NCBI GenBank assembly: GCA_003344405.1
Contig: NOWV01000003.1
Location: 558,001-622,000, forward strand
Length of the DNA stretch: 64,000 nt
Direction: 5' to 3'
DNA from: Trichoplax sp. H2
Lineage: Eukaryota
The notes under the pieces are model-generated. The model had not been told where the DNA came from. It worked only from the letters and a program-made list of their open reading frames with translations, and made no database searches. A program made the translations under genes and the position numbers. Shown here one piece after another: positions 42,001 through 55,500 of this stretch. Within the stretch, counting starts at the first letter, position 1. The number at the start of each line of letters is the position of its first letter.

Positions 42001-43754
42001 AAAATAGAACTTAGCATTTCTTCTCGAGTGACTGGAGCCCACTGCTTATTTAAAATAAAATAATTTTTATCCTATAGAACTCTCTCTTACAATAAAATTA
42101 AAACTGTTACTGCCGATACCTTTCATCAATTATCTGGTCTATTTACATTGTAAGAATTTAACTTTCTACTTTTTCTAAAGTGAAAGCCGATAAATAATAT
42201 ATTTCGAGATATATCTATTCCTAGAAAATTGGACTATAATAATATTAGCACAGTAGCAGCTCGAAGTTTTGGAGCGATGCAACGTTTGACATCGATGTGA
42301 GTTAACGATTAAAATATCGTCATTCATATCAGCGTCTGTAACCAAATTACTTTATTAATAGATGCTGTTACTGTAATGATCTAAGTTATCGCTCACTATT
42401 TCTGTAATGGAAATCAAATCTTTTCGTTTATACGATATTACAGATATCTGAATAGCAATAACTTGATGGCCATCAAAAATGATACCTTTTCTGACGCCGT
42501 CAACATTGGATCTCTGTAAGTAAAAGATTTTAGAATATTTTAAACAGTTTCCTACATAAATTCAGAAATAATGAATTCTTTCGGTTCTAGTAACCCTATT
42601 GCAATTGTTGTATTAAGGTAGTGCTAATAATTTAATAGATTATCTTTCACTATCGATATTAGTTACTTACAAAATAATCAAATCAGAAATATTGACGATC
42701 GATCTTTCGCATCTATGAAAATGTTACGAACGCTGTAAGTGATTAATTACCAGGTTATTATAATGCGTTTATCAGCTTTTTAATAATTGTACTGATTTTC
42801 CTTGATGAAAATATTGATATTGTGTGATGAATCTTGTTAGTGTACTATGTATATGTTAAGAATATTTTTAACATTCTTGATGATCACCACTAATTCCAAC
42901 CAAAATTTCAAATCAAATCAAAATAAGAAATTTATCCTATAACCAAATTTACGTGATTAATGATAAAACTTTTGCTGGTTTAGAAAATCTTAACACGATG
43001 TAAGAATTTTAATGTTTGAGAACTTAATAAGAATGGAGCGTAATTTATGGCTTATTTTTCGATGACTTATATTGATGAGTGATGTAAAAATTACATGCTA
43101 ATAGTATCAATTTATGCGTTTAATATTTAAAACTACAGAAATCTGAATGCAAATCCACTGATATGCGTTTCGTCCAATGCATTTATCAACGCAACTAATC
43201 TGAGAGATGTGTATGTTGATTAATCATTTCTTTAATTTTTACGCTAGCGTCTTTACGCATTCAATGTGGCGACTCACCTACAAGGGGGTTGATTTATTGT
43301 AGTGACTACTGCTAGATTACCATGATTTTCTTTTCTTAGGTTTGCCAATTTCAATCAAGTCTGCTGTGCTACACTCCCATCAACAACAGCATGCTCAGCA
43401 GGAAGCTGTGCCAATAATGCAACTATCTCCTGCAATAGTGTAACAGTATCAAGTACTAGGTCAGTAGAAATAATCATAAACCTCTTAACAGCTGGATATT
43501 GTTATAATATGGATATATCTTCCTCTATTTGATAGACTGTATGAGTAATAAAATTTGATGGCTAATTCAAGAAAAATATTTTAATTTAGTTTTCAGTACT
43601 ACTTGTACTTATGATTTAAATTCTTTGCGTTCGCGATAGAATTACAATGATCGGAACTGGTACCATTGGAGCTGCAGTGTCGTCAAATATGTTAAATAGC
43701 GAGATCCCTGTAATTTTAGGTTCTCTAATATTAGCTTTGTTACTGCAACGCTAA
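36033..43754 (+). CDS. Secreted, probably GPI-anchored leucine-rich repeat protein (signal peptide, LRRNT, 18 LRRs, Cys cap, Ser/Thr linker, hydrophobic tail)
   Basis: Exon 36033-36081 MIPKFYIFLLVIYSLT; exon 37077-37194 AWGQCPTQCSCPNSHTISC; 18 phase-2 exons of 69-75 nt between 37767 and 43210, each one LxxNxIxxIxxxAFxGLxxL repeat; exons 43340-43459 (FNQVCC...) and 43640-43754 ending IPVILGSLILALLLQR*. Confidence 0.88.
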
Positions 43755-44379
43755 TATTTTGTACGCTTTAATTTAGCAGAAGCCACGTTACTAAAAATCT
43801 GTGAGGCTAATAACGTCTCTACTGTAGATCAATTTCTTTATGAATAGCCTTGCCAGATTGAGCTTACATATAAAGAATTTAGAATTTACGTCATTACTCA
43901 TTAATACTTATATAATGCATACTTTCATCATTTCGCCTAAACATTTTTAGTCATCGTGACTTCCTTATTTTCTGAGTGCGGTCGAGTTCTTTTTTGTTAG
44001 TTATTCGCGAGAATATAGCCATGCTTACGCTGTTACAAATATTATAAGATAATCTATTAAATGTACGTGCTCAGTCTAGGTCTAGGTTGAGATCATCTCA
44101 TAAATCTATCAAGCTATAGAAGTAATGCGGTAATTGACGATAATTTTTAGCTAGTTATTATGCAGCTGCATACCCTGTATCGTTTAACTTGTCAGTATTT
44201 ATTAATTCTACCTTATCCTTTCAAGTAGTTAAGAATAAAATGGTATGTCATAAAAAAACTGCAATCTTAGTATTTTAGTAAATAAGTTATGCAATTGCTT
44301 TTAACTGATCCCCACAATAAAACACATGCCATTCCTTAAACTATTAGTACAAAGTAATTTATGCAAAATAGCTCCATGC

Positions 44380-44905
44380 AGTACTGTACTGTACTGTACT
44401 GTAGGTGCCGATGTACTGTAATGTACAGTAGGTATACTGTATTATGTTAGTTAAGCTGTCATTCGGTTTGCATGCGGTTCCAACCGAACCTTTGATATGT
44501 CTACCCTACTGATACATTTTAGATATGCCAATATTAAGTTTTTCTTTTTAGATATGTCAATACAGCATGCTGTAAACTGTACTGGACAGTGTACCGTATG
44601 TACAGTATAGTACAGTACAGCACCAAGCAATTTGGAGGTCTTCATGGTCTGGCCTGGATCTTGGTCAGTAGAATACTGTACTGTACAGTACAGTCGATAG
44701 AATGCAAAGATTACAGTACAGTGTACTGTACACTCTAGTGCATCCGACTGTAAAGTGTACAGTACAGTACTGTACGTACAGTATACTGTACACTGTAGTA
44801 GAGACCCAAGTGTACAGTACACTGTACTGTACAGTGTACAGTACAGTGCAGTATGCAGTTACTGTAAGCCATAAACTCTAGGCAGTACAGTACTGTACTG
44901 TACAC
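44380..44905. repeat. Large ACAGT/ACTGT pentamer tract upstream of GPR143
   Basis: Densest pentamer cluster in the window. Confidence 0.9.
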
Positions 44906-45923
44906 TAATAACAAAACACAACTTTGTTTGGTACTCGCCCTTATTTACTGTTTATGATCACCGTAATTGACAATCGAAAGGAAAGAAGTTGACGTAGAGT
45001 ATGATGAAATTTAGCTAATTCAATTTTACAGCTTACTTTGGATACTATGATAGCTAGAGAATTATAGTGTGCTGAGCTAAAGGCTCAACGGCAACGATAG
45101 AATCATCGGTTAGCGTTGGAGATAATAAAGTGATAATTTACTGTCAACTATTATCTCACATCAAGTACTTTTCATGACCTATCGACATTAGAAAGTGATA
45201 CTGGATTTATCGTAAAATAACAAGTGCGGATGAAACGAAGGTAAGAATCAACTTTCGGATAATTGTACATCATGCATTTATCATCATAGCTTGAAATAAT
45301 TTTAACGAATGACTCCTTCATTGGCTTTACGATACGCTATCTTCTAGTTTAATGATAATAATCATGAATCAGAAGTCCAATCTAAATTTTTATAACATAC
45401 CTGGGGAGAGATAGTAAATAAAATAAAAAATACCATAGTAGATATACGCGTGCTGTAGTGTACGCATATTCACGTTCTTTCAATCGAAATACAGTAAACC
45501 TGACTATCGAATAAGGGATAAAATAAAAATTATTAATTAACTACATATTTGGAATTATATTTGATGATGTAATATTCTGCTATATTGTACGTATACAGTA
45601 CAGTACTACCGGACAACTTACTCTTCTTTGTTAGTTGAACTCCTCGTATGGGATGAGTTTCCATTCTAAAGCAATACAGTAAGACAATTGTAATGTTAAT
45701 AATTATAATTGATCGCTTAATCTCATTGCAGCTTGTATATTCCATACTTTCACAATTAGAATTTATAGCTATAGATGTTTCTCCTTTTACACTCTAAATA
45801 CGACAAATTAAGGCGATTTAGCGATATTGTTCACCTTGAAGTATCCACTACAGTATGTAATCATACATCATTCCTTTTACTGATTTGCTTCTTTGGATAT
45901 ATTCTTTTCTTTTCTAGTTTACC

Positions 45924-48900
45924 ATGAGTTCCGTTCAGTTAGCACTTTTTTGTTGTGCTAATTCGTCTTTAAAAACGGATGATCTGATCAATTTCTATCC
46001 TTTTGCATACAACGGTCTATGTGCAGGAGTCAGTTTAATTAGTATGTTCGGCGCTCTCTACACCATTTTCCTTGGAAATCGACATCAAAGTAATCAATCA
46101 AGATCGCCTGAAAACCATGGAGAGATTGATCAACATTCCACGACACCATGTAACAGTGATATTTGGGAGAGGAGTGCGAACGAATCATATTTAAATCATC
46201 GTAAAATAATTTACTGGTTAACAATTGCCGATTTCTTAGCTGTATCTGGTAAGATGATCTAGGGATAACGATAAGTCAATATTTTCACTTATTCTGTAAT
46301 TATGCAATGTACTCGTTTAAATTTTCTGCAATGCAGGTCGATTTTTCCATATCCGTAATATGTAGCTTCCGTAAGCGATTTACGTACGGCATGGCAGCTA
46401 GTAATAACTGCAGCGGTTAATTTACTGGCGTAATTGCATGCTTTCGTGTAACGGTAACGAAATTATGACTGCTACGACCAATATCAGTCTATACGTTGTA
46501 GTGATAGGTTACGCTTAGATAGAATTGAGCCCACTGCATACTGTATGTACAGTACTACATAAATAGAATACATTTTACTTGTCTAAGAAGAGAATTTGCA
46601 GGCACAAAAATATTCATGGTCGTTCTACTACGTCATATCTCGCTCCAACGCGAATTTGAATCCTAGGAAATCTACTATATCGTACTACCTAATAATTGAA
46701 AACTACTGTTTCAGCCATACTCAGATTTTATATGATTAGTTTTACGTCTTTGCATGGCGTGACTTACTTCACTTCTCCTTTATTTTCAATAGCTGTGCTG
46801 ATTAAATCTGTCCTATGGATGGTACTGTTTAGAGGTTATATTTTGGAAATTCCTACACAAGACGGCTCCAGTGTAGGCAATTTACTCTGTGCTATACTAG
46901 CTGTAAGTCCATATGCACTTATATAGTATATTCTTATGTAGCAATTCCCCGATTCATTGTTTTGTAATGTAATCATTTAGTAACAACGATATTTGTTCCT
47001 ATCATAGTGCATAAGATTGTGTCATAATGTCAGGACACAGCTAACTGATACTGTACATAACTAATTGAGATGATGTAAAGTGATGATAAGATACCGTGCC
47101 ATTTTAACTTTTGATAAACCGCAAATTAGTCTTTATTAAGATCCATATCTGCACAATAGCAATTGTTGCACTTTGCAGGTAATGTACTAGAAACAATAAA
47201 ATACCTCATTTCACAGGACTTTCAGAGATTTGTTGATGATTTTATACAGTACAATGCATATCGCGTTCAGTTAAATATTAATATTCTAAAAGCACTAATC
47301 ACATTCTTCGCATTATACTGTAATGCTTACTTTTAAATTGATGCAGGTACTTGCATTGATTACATAGTATTAAGGTAATTACATTAACATCGGTGTAATA
47401 GATTGGTATCAATACGCTTATAAAGATGTATTTTTGTAAAGAAAACTGATGTTAGTAATTGTGAATCAAATACAAGTTCATCTTGACCATTCTTTTGTTT
47501 TGTGCCTCAATTTGAAGTACTGTTACCGGAATAATATGAGTTTGTTTAACAATGAACCTAAAGAGACCTATTTTAAAAGCTCCACTATGATAGCTAGTAA
47601 TAAGCGAGAAATACTGGGAAATAGAATGAAAATCGGCGCAGTAAAGTTACTTTACTAGCTGTATATTAAAAGTAACACACAAACTGCGCCTGTAGAAAAT
47701 CTTGCCTTAATTCAGTCTTAATTATTAAGACAAATTACTAAAATACACTGCTTACTTTTTACATAATATCGCAAAGCTCATATTTAAGTAAGGAAATTTA
47801 CAATATACTGTAATGAGATTATGAGTACGTAAACCTAAAATAAATAGTGTAATATTTCTTGTACAGACCGTAATACGCTTCTTGTACACTGCTACTTTCT
47901 TTTGGACATTATGCTACGCTGTGGAAGTCTACCGAAAAATCGTACGTAAAGATGAAAGGAAGTAAGTTTCAGAGTTTACTATCATTTCACATTTATTTTA
48001 ACTGATCTTGTACAGCATGACTAGAAAGCCATACTTATGATTTATATCATAATACTTGTCATAACTAGGGTAGCTAACGGAAACTTATTTCACCATATTT
48101 TAAAATCATGCAGTTATGCGATAACTCACTTTTCATTTTTGCTGTCATAGTTACCTGTATTATTACCAAATCTTTACATGGGGCCTTTCAACTGCCTTAG
48201 TCAGCGCTAGTGCGATAACACTTTATAATCCTGGGTTAAAACGGTAAACTATTGATTAAGTCATTTAATATTCTAAGAGCTTATCATATAGGATATTTTT
48301 GCAATACATTAGGCAACACGGTACAAATATTTCACGTACTAAATTAGTCATGATGACTATAGTACCATATTTAACTGTACTACGAACTGTACATAACTTG
48401 TCAAATTGCCCTTCTAGAATTGAAGTGACAATCAACTGTACCATTACTGTACTTCTAAACAGAGCTGAAATAAATATACAAAATTATTCTCTTGCTATCC
48501 TACTAACCTCAATAATCTGATTTACTTTATAAGGTGCTACAATAACATCGATTTGCTTTTGCTACTGTATATGACATGTTATTTGCCAGCTCTTTTGGTT
48601 ATGATACTAATTCCAATTTTCTATTATTTTGTATCTCGAGAAGGTAACGTGAAATTTATCAATTCAGTATTGAGCTCATTGATTTCATTCTTTAACAGAA
48701 AGAGTAAATGTGGACATAATATACTAGCGGATACTTTCATGCTCCCGTAACGAATATCGTGTTAATAATTAATCATAATGTAATGACGAGATATTCGTTG
48801 AATTCACTCAATCTATCACATAGCTTATTTTCTTTACTGTATCTGCTAATGTAATAGTGCATTCATCAAGAATAATTTTGTGCAACTTTTAGCTATCTTC

Positions 48901-49724
48901 GTAGACATAAAGAGACAACTGCATGTTATAAAAATGTATACATAATAGTGAAAATTCTCAATAGACCAAATATTATTTTTTTGCTCATTTATGTCGCTAG
49001 TGCAACCTATGATTGCAGCTATCAATGGAGAATTCAATAATCAACTGCGTAAGAGAATAGAATCACTGCGGTGGAAGTTTCGGATGATTGTTATTATTTT
49101 TTATATTTGGTAGGCATCAACTATTGATGTAAATTTCCATTAAGGATGTAGTTATTGAATACATAGCTTAAGTTTGCATGGACAAGCATCGCTGATATTT
49201 AAATTAATCCTATACAATATAACGTAATAAAATTGTCGGAAATAACTGCAGCTATGACGGATAGATCTATATGCAGGAAAAAATGGAACAGAATGCATAC
49301 TATACTAAGAGAAAATCATCTATTTTTAAATTTGGTTAATGGGTTTTACTTATTTTAATAGCTGGGTACCCAATATCATTGAATGTTTCTTTGTATATAC
49401 CGATGCTCAAGATTTCAAGCTTGTATTATGGATGGTTATGGTTAGTCCTTTATTTTCTTTTCATCACATTGTTCCTTTAGGGATATTCTTTATTAAATGT
49501 AACTCTCACGAAAGGTGCAAGGAAGATTATGTATCTTTTGTCATACAAATTAACATGACAGTTGGATTCGTATTTATTGTACGGTAATCATATAGGGTTT
49601 AGTAAATCCATTGCAAGCGTTGCTGAATGCCTTTGTTTACCGAACTGATACTCACCTAGTACCCGTAAGGAGATATAGAAGAGTTCCATTCAGTGATGGA
49701 GAAGAAAATTCAATAATTTCTTAA
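45924..49724 (+). CDS. GPR143: GPCR GPR143 / ocular albinism 1 (OA1) homolog, multi-exon, with a probable 5' UTR intron 45241-45917
   Basis: N-terminus MSSVQLALFCC (cf. OA1 MASPRLGTFCC); IRFLYTATFFWTLCYAVEVY; YQIFTWGL; CYLPALLVMILIPIFY; FYICWVPNII; WMVMGLVNPLQALLNAFVY. Seven hydrophobic segments. Confidence 0.85.
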
Positions 49725-50675
49725 TTTTTTTAATATGAGATATTATAATGTGAAAGTAATCAAATCATATCTCCACACTATAGTTTAAACAAGTTTATAA
49801 TTTTTCAATCTAAAATCTATTAGTTTATTCCAAATATAAAGTGTTTGCCCTTTTAAATAGAAATTATTAAATGTTCAACCCTTTAACTTATTCTACGTGT
49901 AGAGTAATTAATTACGTATTTCACTGTTAATGAATGTACTGTGTAATCTTTACAATTGATTCGATTTTATCTACCAATCAAATTAGATATACTATTTCAC
50001 TTTTAATTCACCAATACAGTGCAACACTTGATTTTAAGTGGAGAACCTGAGAATATTTTAAGACCAACTATCTTAATGTTTATCAAAGCATGTATTGATT
50101 ATTGTACTGTATATTGCATTGTTCCAAAAGTTGTTAGTATGTACGACATTTTAATTCCGATAGTCTTTTTAGTGAAGTTTCTCAAATTTTTATCACATCA
50201 TTGCTAAGAGAAACATTTATTGATGTGTCTTACAAAGTAATGCATTCTTGTTATTTTTATTAAAACCTGCAGGAACGAAATGTGAAAAGATATCAATAAA
50301 ATTTTTGGAGTTTTCTTCTCAGTTAAACTTTTGCTTCAGCCATAGTATAGTGACATACGGAATGTGCTATCCAAGATTTAGATTATTTAAATTGTAATAC
50401 GAAATTTCGATGACTTAATAATAAAGTTTCCAAACGATTCAATCTCATTTCAGCATGGTAAAAGATTGGTAGTCTGTAAAGTACAAAATATTTCAGCCGC
50501 AATAATATGATCTTCTTATGGGCCTCATTTTAGATATGAAAAATTTCAATTTGGACCACGTTTAAACCAAATCTAATAAGGATAAGTGAAACACTTTCGT
50601 AATACACAATTACAGTATTTATGTTATACGGTATGTGTATAGGGATAACCGGATGAAAAGCACGTACAATTTAGC

Positions 50676-50744
50676 CCTCGGCGTTTTGTAGTAATGTCTA
50701 ATAATATACGGTATACCATTAGACATTGTTACAAAATGCCGAGG
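50676..50744. repeat. 69-bp near-perfect palindrome/hairpin
   Basis: cctcggcgttttgtagtaatgtctaat ... attagacattgttacaaaatgccgagg. Confidence 0.85.
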
Positions 50745-50756
50745 TATACAGTAAAT

Positions 50757-51031
50757 TGTGCATGTCATTCCTTACAAGACATCCCTTAGGAATGACCGGT
50801 TGATCTTTAGACTGACTGTACAATGTACATATCTACCGAAAGAGTTATAACTTTACTGTTACGATACACATTTATTCTTACTATGGACCTAATTAATCCA
50901 CATTTCCACATTGGTTATCGCAAGATAAATCAGTCAGCGGTATTAACAGATACACGGTTAGTGCACTGGAATTGACTCGGACAATCCTTAGAATTGTCCT
51001 AAGGGGTATGTTGTAAGGATTGACTTGTACA
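50757..51031. mobile_element. MITE-like element, ~275 bp, with ~35-bp imperfect TIRs
   Basis: tgtgcatgtcattccttacaagacatcccttagga is the inverse of tcctaaggggtatgttgtaaggattgacttgtaca; no ORF. Confidence 0.55.
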
Positions 51032-52544
51032 TTGCTTAGGATTGTCTAATTCTAAGATTTGACAGCAGCAGACATATCAATTATCCTACTAAATCCATCT
51101 ACTCAATACGCCGTAATATACCAATTTGTTGATACATAGCTCTTAGTGATATGAAATACCTATACCTTGTCCTTGTTGGCCATCACTGGCAAACAAATAT
51201 AACTAACCTAAGTTTATATCTTCATACGTTTCTATAACGGCGAAATGATAAACTTGAAGCCATTTCTAGAATTACTGTCACTTAAAGGTCTCCACATATA
51301 ATAACGTATAGTACTGTACCTTCCCCTAGTTTAATTAATTATAATTATCGGTATCTCTTACGTAGATTTGTGATAAGAAAACAACTTACAGTATATAGAG
51401 TTCAGCCCTTAAGGCAAAGTACATAAAAAGAGCTTGTTACTCTAGGCTTACAATTGGTGACTGATTTAATAAAAAGGTATAAAATTACAACACATAAGGA
51501 ACTGCAGTTATGAAGTCTCAGAAAAAGTATATCCTTCCGCTTGATATCGGCTCGGATTCATAAAAGTATTACTGTAGCGATTATTATTGATATTATTTCC
51601 AACTCGTGGTTACCAGTACACACTGAATGATAACATAATTACATGTAAGCAAATTAATCGAGAATGACTAGTTAGCGAAGTAAACCTTTTACGACTTTGT
51701 AGTCATATCTAGGTATGAAGTACAAGTTAATTATACGAAAAATTTCAGGGGTGCATCGTTGCAATAATGCCTATTGTAAAGCAATTGTTTCTATTAAAAT
51801 AGTTTTCAAATACAGTAATACATCTACCAAGTACTTTTAATAGTAAAAAGAAAATATGTTTGATACTACTTAGCCTTAAAATTGTCCATATTTGCAACTC
51901 ATGAATTAGTTATAGCAGCCGCACTGTACAGTTTATAAATGAAATGTAAGCATGAATGAAAACGTCATATACAATATAACATACTTAATCAGCAAGTATA
52001 ATACAAATTAGATTTTAGTCTTGTTAACATAATATACAGTAGCTGTTCTACTTTTATTAACGGTTACGGTTGATTCATAATTAAAATTAAGGCTAAAGGC
52101 ACAGATATCATAAATACTATATTTTCCTTTAACAAAGATAGTTCGCAAATCAACTGCTTTGTAGGGTGGTGACGCGTATGAAGATCTATAATATAAATAC
52201 CCTCTTTCAAATATTTATGCCAAGATATGCAAATTACAGCTAAATCTTACGATCATATATATCACCAGCCAACAGGCTCCAATGTTTTCATAAGTTACTT
52301 TGCTGTTAAACCACTCAATACAATATTTTTTAATGTAAATCCGTAAAACTGTCTCTTTAAATACATATTGTTCACCTGGCACAAAGGCTTAACATAGAGA
52401 AATCTGTAAGTATTTTCAGAGATGTCTACTACATCTGCAATGATCATAAATATATCATTACCCCGTCCTTTATATGCTGCATGTAAATATATAACTTCAA
52501 CAATATCGTATGCTCCTGTACTGTATCAAGCAGTTTCATTCCAT

Positions 52545-55500
52545 TCATTCATGGCCAGAGCGAGTCTTTTTTGAATGTTTCTTATTCTTAGCTGATCTAA
52601 CGCTTCCTTCAAATGGCAGGCGACCCCTACTTACGTAATCGCGTGATAAAATTTGTGATGTCCTCCATTGAGAATTTAATGCTAATTCCTCATCATTCCT
52701 GTCATAATGACCATCATATCCATCTTTTGGATCTCCAGCACTTTTAGTTTCTGTGGTATTATGGCTGCTTTGTTGCGCACTTCCGTTAAATAGTGATCGA
52801 GATTTCTCGCTCTTTTTATCATAAAGTGGATTATGAAGACCATTAACTGTGGATTTTCTAGGTCTAACTACACCGCTGGATCTATAACCACTTGAGGTAA
52901 TGTTACTATCGTGCTTACTAATAGATGTAACTGAGGTATTTCTGGAAATAATTGAGTTATTGTGAGAAGGGAGTGGGTTCGAACGATTTGATTTCTTAAG
53001 CTTCTCTGAGCGTGTAGTTGTGGGTACTTCTACAGAGATTTCGCGGTCTTGATATAAGTGACTACTATTATCAAAAGCAGAAGCAATATCTGGACCCGAT
53101 AATTTAGCAGAAGGTTGAGAAATTGTACGTAATTTATCTTTCTTCTGGAAAGGTAAATGAGAAATTTTATCTTCATCCGATGTGTAGTGTACAGCATGAG
53201 ATGGCATTACTGATCCGCTCTTCTTATCATTTGGTAACCCTGTAGATTTCTGTTTTCGAGTAAAAATTCGCTTATTGATATCCTTTATAATGGTCGACGA
53301 TATTTTAAGATCACTATTAGTTGTAATCCTATCTTTAGGTTCCTTGTATTCTCTATAATTATCATTTTCATTTGTATAATTCCTCCGTTGAAACGTAGGG
53401 GAAATATGATCCAAGGACAATAAATGCGATAACTCCACACCAGTGTTAGGCATATCATTACTAGTTGTTTCTGATACAGAATTAGTCAATCCTATGCCTT
53501 CGTTCATGGAATGGTGTTTCCTATAACATAACTTTAGTGATATATGTTAATAACTTGAGCAACTGGCAATTAAAAGCCGAAACTAATTGCATCATTACCT
53601 CTTCATGTTCCTTAAAATGTGTTCCAGGATACAATTTTCTACAAAATTCGCAAGGAATAAATACATCATCTTCTATAGCAAAATAAAAAGGAATATAGCA
53701 TAAGTAGAAAGACCGTTAATAAAGCGACTCAACATCGCTAAGAGACACGAATTATTAGTTAATAGGAAAATAATCCAGATTTCATAGCTGTAAAATATTT
53801 CATTAAAAAGGAGTAATATCGTACATTAGGATGATATCAATATTTATTTGTATCATAATGGTAATTAGCAGTGCCTGGCTCACATTGTTACTGAAACCTC
53901 TAATCACTAACGGAAATAATTAGTCTTTAAAAGTAGTCGATCGACAGATATTACCACTAAATTATGTTCGAAAAATAGATACAGCGCACTTTACCCTGAT
54001 CTCTAGGAGAGGTGCAAAATTCTCGACACTGGGAATGATGCGATGTGATATTGGAGCTTACATTGTCGTTGTTTTCAAGGTCATTACACGTATTCGAAAT
54101 TGATGTACGGCTCAAACGTTGCTCATTATAACTAGAGATATCCGCCAATTGTGCAGACTCATCCTCCAAAAGTTTACTATTATTTGATTGACCAAAAGTT
54201 GTTCGGAAGATATTATCGATAAATTTCTCATTTTCCTGTTGGTCCCATTTTATACCTTCTCTAACATCCGTCTCAAGTTCTGTTGTATTACGCGATGATG
54301 TTAGAGACATATTAAACTTAGTCGTATTGTTTGTTGGGATATCTGCTGCTTGCATCGAAGATTCCTTAGATGAATGATCACGCTTTTTGCATACCTGTTT
54401 ATCCTTACTGCTTGGAATGTTGTCTAATCCTGACTCGGGGACCTCCGTATTTAATTGCTCATGTAATTGCATAGCGAATTTCCAATCAAGTTGTTCTTGT
54501 GCGTTAAGTGAGCTGATTTGAGGTTGAGAAGTGCCTAATGTTGAGGAAACGGTAGGATCTGCCAATTTTATAGGGTACAAAGGTTTTGTTTTACTTCCTA
54601 ATTGGTCAGCTGGAATAGGAACACGTCGAGTAGTGTCTCCAGAACTTGGATCTATTGCATCTTCGAAGTTATCATCATTAAGTTGCATGTGTAATGCCAT
54701 CGCGTATTCATGATCTAATTTATCCTGATCTTTCTCTTTAACGCCAACATCCCCTTTGTCACGATCATGTACTTGCCGTTTATTAAAATTCTTGTTTTGA
54801 AAGTGACGTTTATTAGACGATTTGTTACGATCCAATTGATATAAAGTCCCTTCTTGGTTAAGAAGTGATTTTGGCCTTTCATAGTTCGTAGTTTTACGTA
54901 CATCTATTTTAGTTCGATCATTACCGTATTGATTGCTAGCATCAGTACGTGTAACAGCAGTCGCAGTAGACTTTTGCTTACTATCCGATTGGTTTGAGAA
55001 GCGTAAATCTTCATGACTACTGACAGCTCCATTAGTACCTATTCCGTTTTTGCCATATCGCAACTTAGGTGATCCCGGTGTTGACAAATACTGTCCTAAG
55101 TTTCTGTTTACTCGTACCACGCCTTGTTCATCAAATCGGTCATTTAGCGAGGCTTTATCATTGAGCTTTCCCTTTCTTCCACTATTATTTGCATTGCGTG
55201 TACCATCATCAGAGGCCTGAAGAGATTGCGAATTAAGTGCGGGGATATTTTGATATAATGCCTCTGATGACGAAATTATATCGTCAATATAGTTGTTGGC
55301 TTCGGACTTCGTAGCATATCGTCTCAGCAAACTATCAAGAGGGGTATTCCCAAACTGAATGTTTGCATGACTCGAACTGGTATCATTTTGCTTATTGGAG
55401 AGTTTAAGCTTTCGCTCCTTACGACTATCTTTAGATCTCAATTTTTGAATATCGTTTATATGTGCTGCACTACTACTATGTACGCCATCAATGGACTGAT

